This document shows positions 59,601 through 64,000 of a stretch of 64,000 nucleotides of DNA, in pieces. Position 1 is the stretch's first letter; every line of letters begins with the position of its first letter. Both the position numbers and the translations under genes were made by a program. Source of the stretch: Vitrella brassicaformis CCMP3155 (taxonomy: Eukaryota > Protista > Chromerida); NCBI GenBank assembly GCA_001179505.1, contig CDMY01000791.1:1-64000 (forward strand). The letters are read 5' to 3'. Under the pieces are notes generated by a model. That model worked only from the letters and a program-made list of their open reading frames with translations, did not search any database and was not told the DNA's origin.

Positions 59601-61481
59601 ATGCGGCTCCATCTTCTGCCGATCTTGCTGGCCTTGACGGCATTTGGTGGCTGCAGATCTTTCTTGCTGCAAAGGCCCAATGGCGATCCCCAAGCAGCTT
59701 GTGAGGATATCCTTCCGCAGATCCTGTCAGCCCGTGAGCCCGATAGAGTGTACTCGTGTATGACCCTCTGCAGAATTCACCACCCCCGGCGAGGCTTCGT
59801 CCATGAGAAGGTGGGAGATCTGAGAGGTCACAGAAGAATGAATCGGATGTCCTGAATTGGCCTATCTGTGGTGCAGGATACAGAAGAGGAGGACTGCAAA
59901 TCGTTCTGTCAGCTTGTGGTGACAACCTCCCATTTCATCGGGCGCAACATCAGCGCTCATGAGTTTTGTGAACAAGTGGAGAGGAACCGGCACATGAATT
60001 CGAGCCAGCTGCAAGATCCGATGGTGAGCCACCATCTTGCCTGCCAGAAAACAATCAAACAGCTAATTGACGCGCCTGAAGTCCAACATACACTTCAAGC
60101 AGCCTGCGAGAAGCTCCGTCCGAGTCAGCTCGCCAGCGATGGTCGGCGATGTTCCTTTGGCACTGGTCACTTCGATTCACTCTGTGTCTCAATGCCTCTT
60201 ACGTGCAGAAGAGTCGACATGTACACTTGTTGAAGAGGAATTGGTTGACTCCCTACAGGAAGGTAAGTGTAATGGGCTTCGGCATCTGCATGGCATTGCC
60301 ATGTCTCTGTCTTTGTGTGTCAGGCTTTCTGGACGCGGACGGAGTCTGTGACGAGCTCGTCACTCAGGGCAAAGGTGTCCGACTGACAGCCTGCCTCGTC
60401 TTTCGGCATACATGGTCTCGTGTTGATTGGCTGGTGCAGGCACACATGGCATCGACCCGAAGCACTTTCACTACAGCTGCGTTCAGTTTGCATCTCAAGC
60501 GTTCAAGAGGTTGCGAGGAGATGTCCTTTCAAAGCAGCTCCAGGAGAAGTGCTCTCATACAATGGTCGGCGGCGCATTGCATGCACCGAAGGCCCTTGAG
60601 TCTACGTGTCTCTCTTCTGACTGATGTCAGGACGTGTCGTTTTGTGATCGTTATGCGGACATCGCGAAGAGGGCCGATGAAGCGAGTAAGTACTACGCTG
60701 TGGGTCAATGATACCTCTGGCCATCCGCCGTGCTATCCTAGGTGGCCCCGAAGGTGATTTGGCCTCGTTTCGAAGGGAAATGTCAGCTTTCTGTGACTCC
60801 GAATACGAGCAAACCTTCCAAAAGGACACACCGACGGCGAATGCCAGACCAACGAGCCCGGCCCCAACACATGCCCCGAATGACGACAGACCTAGCAGCA
60901 CATCGCCATCCCCGCATCCCCTGCACTTCGACGTCCCTTCTCATGTACGATCGATCGATATCTATACTGTCCGGCTTGACGGATGCCTTTTTTTGTTCAG
61001 GCTGGTTTTGCATCCTTTGATGAATGTCAGCATGTGACGCATGACGTGCTCAATATGGGAAAGACCACAGCGCCAGGAAGCGAAGATTATGTGTCCCCGT
61101 TGAGAGTCAGGCCTTTCGAAGGGCTACGCGATGGCAGTCGCCAGAGATTCGTGCACGAAGAGGCACTCGCCGGAGAAGGCTGCAAACGGTCCATCTTTCT
61201 TCGAGAAGGCGTCTCGCATCGCGCAGGGGGCCCCAGGTGCCGAAGAGCCGTGTGTGCAGTACGCCGAAATCGTCGGCTCAGCTGTGAATGCCTCATCGAA
61301 GGAGGAGAAAAATACACTCACTGGCCAGGTAAGAAACAGAAGAGAGAATATCATCACCGTGTCTGCTCTGCACCATAAGCAGGCGTGTGAGCGTGTGAGC
61401 GGCCGATTAAGTCCGTTGGACATGCAGGAAATGTGCCACGAGATCGTTGAGGAAGTCCGACAAGCACACCTCACAAGTTAG
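59601..61481 (+). CDS. Secreted Cys-patterned protein, saposin-like repeats (prosaposin-like)
   Basis: Signal MRLHLLPILLALTAFGGCRS. Repeated helical Cys pairs (CKSFCQLV, ACQKTIKQL..QAACEKL, CVQFASQA..EKC, CQHVTHDV, CVQYAEIV..ACE..EMCHEI). The family call is from pattern only. Confidence 0.55.
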
Positions 61482-63908
61482 AAGGTTGATACACCGCCTC
61501 ACCTTCTGCGAACACCCGTATTCCATCACTCAGGCGCTCAATTGGAGGCCGAGGCCAAGGACGTGTGTGCAGACAGGCTAAAGGGAGCTCTTCAGGGCTA
61601 TGGTGTCGCCCCTCCGGCCGACCGCATCGAAGAAGGCTGCGCGTATCTTGCGCACCAACTGGCACAGGGGTCAGCCCGTCTGCCATGAGCTGAAACACCC
61701 GTATTCCTCGCTCGAAATTGCAGCCTTGGATGACACTCGAGAGCGCCTGGGGGCTGGGTGTGACGCCATAGTCGTCTTTCATGCGCTTCAGGACCAGCTC
61801 AAAGGCCTTGTCCATGAGTCCGCACTGCTTGCCCAACAGCGAGACACATATGGACGCCGTGACGTTGGTCGGTGCGACCTTTTTGGTGAGCATGTGCTCG
61901 ACCAGGCTGAGGGCGAGTGAGGGCCGCGGGGGAGCGCAGGAGCAGCAGGCACGGAGGAGAGTGTTGTAGACGGCCTCGTCTGCCTCGACGCAGCCATCCG
62001 CCGTCAGCTCCTCGAACACGCCCATGGCTCTTTCCAAGTGTCCACTCTCGCAATAAGCCTTCACGACAATGGCCAGGGTGATGAGGTTGGGCGGGGCGCC
62101 GTCCTCGGTAATGCCACTCAGCACCCTGTCCATCCAACGCATGTTGCCCGCCCGGGCAGATGCCTCGAGCAGGCTGTTGTAGGTGGCGGTGTTGCAAAGT
62201 AGGTAGCTCGCCCCGTCTCTGCGCATCTCATGGATGAGATTCATGGCGCGATCGACTTGGTGATGCTTGGCGAAGCCCCGAATGAGGCTGCTGTAGCCGG
62301 CTGCGTCGGGTTTGATGCCGAAATCATCCATTAGATCGCACAGGCGGTCGATATGGTAGGCCTCACGAGCAACACCGAGCAACGCATTGAACAAGGCCTG
62401 CAGATTGAAGACACAGGACACTGTCTGCAGTCTGTCTCTCTGTCTCCTTGCGGGTGTCGGTGCTGGTGTGTGCCCGCCTACCGCCGTTGTGGCCATTGGC
62501 CTTTCGTCAGTACCTGAACATCCCCCGCCACCACCCGTCACGGACGGCCCAGCCGCTCGGCGCCTCTCCCGAATGCACACCTGGCGCAGCACTGTCAGTG
62601 CCCAGTGCATCCTCTGCTCATCGATCCTCTCGACAGACAGCTGAAGCGTCTTGGCGAGGGCCGAGCAGGTGTAGCTGTCGGGCTGCAGGCGGCTGCTGAG
62701 CATCTCCCCAACCAGCCGCCACACCAGGTCGCACTCGTGGCATTTGGCTGCCGTCGTGCACAAGGTGTTGTACGTGATGGTCGTGGGCTGCATCCCCAGG
62801 GCCTTGAGCGCCTCGAACGCGTCCAGGGCGCTCGGGAGATCGTCCTGGATGGCGTGGCCTTTGATCAGTGTGTTGACGCTAATGGTGTCAAGAATGTCCG
62901 GCTGGTGCTGCAGACACAGGTCAATGATGTCGCGGGCGAGTGAGACGCGCTTGGCGTTGACACAGATCGACAGCAGCTGGTTCAGCACGAGGGTGTCGGG
63001 CTCCACCCCACTCTCGCACATCATCTGCAGGCAGGCAGGCAGGCAAAATAAATCAGTGCCGACGGGAGGTACGGTGCCAATGTGCTTGCCCGGAAGAGCC
63101 TGATTGAGCTGCGGAAGTCGTTGTCCTTTGCGTGGATGCGCAGGACGGTCATGTATGCCTTGACAGACGGGCGGGCCATGCAGCACAGCTGATCGAAGAA
63201 CTCCAGGGCACGGGCCGGCTGGCCGCAGTCCACCGCGAAATGCAGCAGACAATTGAGCATCACACTGTCGGCCTCGAGGCCGTCAGACACCAACGTGTCA
63301 TACAGAGCCAACGCCTACATGGACACACACACACACACACACACACACCAGTACCTTCACCCGCTCTGTTGTCCTCCTCGCACCTTGCTGAAGTGCTGTT
63401 TGGCGGCATGAATCTTCATGACGGCGGCATAGAAGTGCAGTGACCGGGGGACCCCCAGCTCCCTCATGGCCTCCATGACCTCATCGGCCTGCCCGTCGCG
63501 GCCCCAGTGCACACAGCAGCTGATAAGCCCCAGAAACATCTTCTCAGACAAGGACCCAAAACAAGCGAGAGGCGCGTGCCGGTGGCGGCTCAGCGCCTCG
63601 CGAAAGAGGCGGCATGCGGCCAGATTTCTGTCGCCGCTGAGGCGGATGATGGTGGATGACAAACGGGACGGGTTTTCGGCGGTGATGAGGGCATCGATAT
63701 CGGGGATGTTTGGACTGCCTCGACGGCAGGATGGGGCGGAGGAGGGCGGCATGATGGCAGTCGACTGCAATGGATGGATGGATGGATGGATGGATGGATA
63801 GACTGGCAATAGCCGAACGGATGGGCGTATAGAGGGCTGCCGAGGATGGGAAAAGGAATTCTGGCAGAGCCCCGTTCCTTTTGCAATGCTGAGAATGAAG
63901 GATGGCAC
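61471..63908 (-). CDS. Pentatricopeptide-repeat (PPR) protein; 5' end uncertain and may run beyond the window
   Basis: Tandem 35-aa motifs: PDTLVLNQLLSIC, DTISVNTLIKGHA, PTTITYNTLCTTAAK, PDAAGYSSLIRGFAK, NTATYNSLLEASAR, PNLITLAIVVKAYC and ADEAVYNTLLRAC. Confidence 0.92.
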
Positions 63909-64000
63909 ACTCGACGTCCTATCAAGGCCTATTTCTTATCGGCGTGCATGCATGCAGAGGGTGGGGGCAATGAATCGCTGCCCCCACTCTAAGCTCGCCA

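Overview
Intron-rich, GC-rich eukaryotic genomic DNA. Short GT-AG introns are full of (CA)n, (GACA)n and (GGAT)n microsatellites. The style suggests a chromerid alveolate such as Vitrella brassicaformis, which is an inference only. There are three 300-N assembly gaps. Housekeeping genes I could reconstruct by hand: an aldo-keto reductase, a class I SAM methyltransferase, a CARM1/PRMT4-like enzyme, an NSUN/NOP2-family methyltransferase, a WD40 protein, a PIBF1/CEP90-like coiled-coil protein, a p24/GOLD protein, a saposin-like protein and a PPR protein. There is also one complete but decayed Ty1/copia element (9549-16239, target-site duplication GCAGA). The most striking signal is a gene family sharing one leader: signal peptide, RKL motif, phase-0 intron, then an EGD..R(A/E)L module. 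Three members encode small secreted His/Cys/Trp-rich proteins (588-1085, 46465-47532, 49138-49716). The fourth is a ZupT-type ZIP metal transporter (1356-4227) carrying the same leader plus a His-rich module, and it sits head-to-head with one secreted member across a 75-bp perfect inverted repeat. This looks like a candidate zincophore-plus-importer system, with one precursor built from RxL-flanked peptide modules. A second signal is a cassette of about 220-240 bp with a telomere-like hairpin that lies between the copies of two unrelated 3'-exon duplications. All gene models are manual and have no transcript support.
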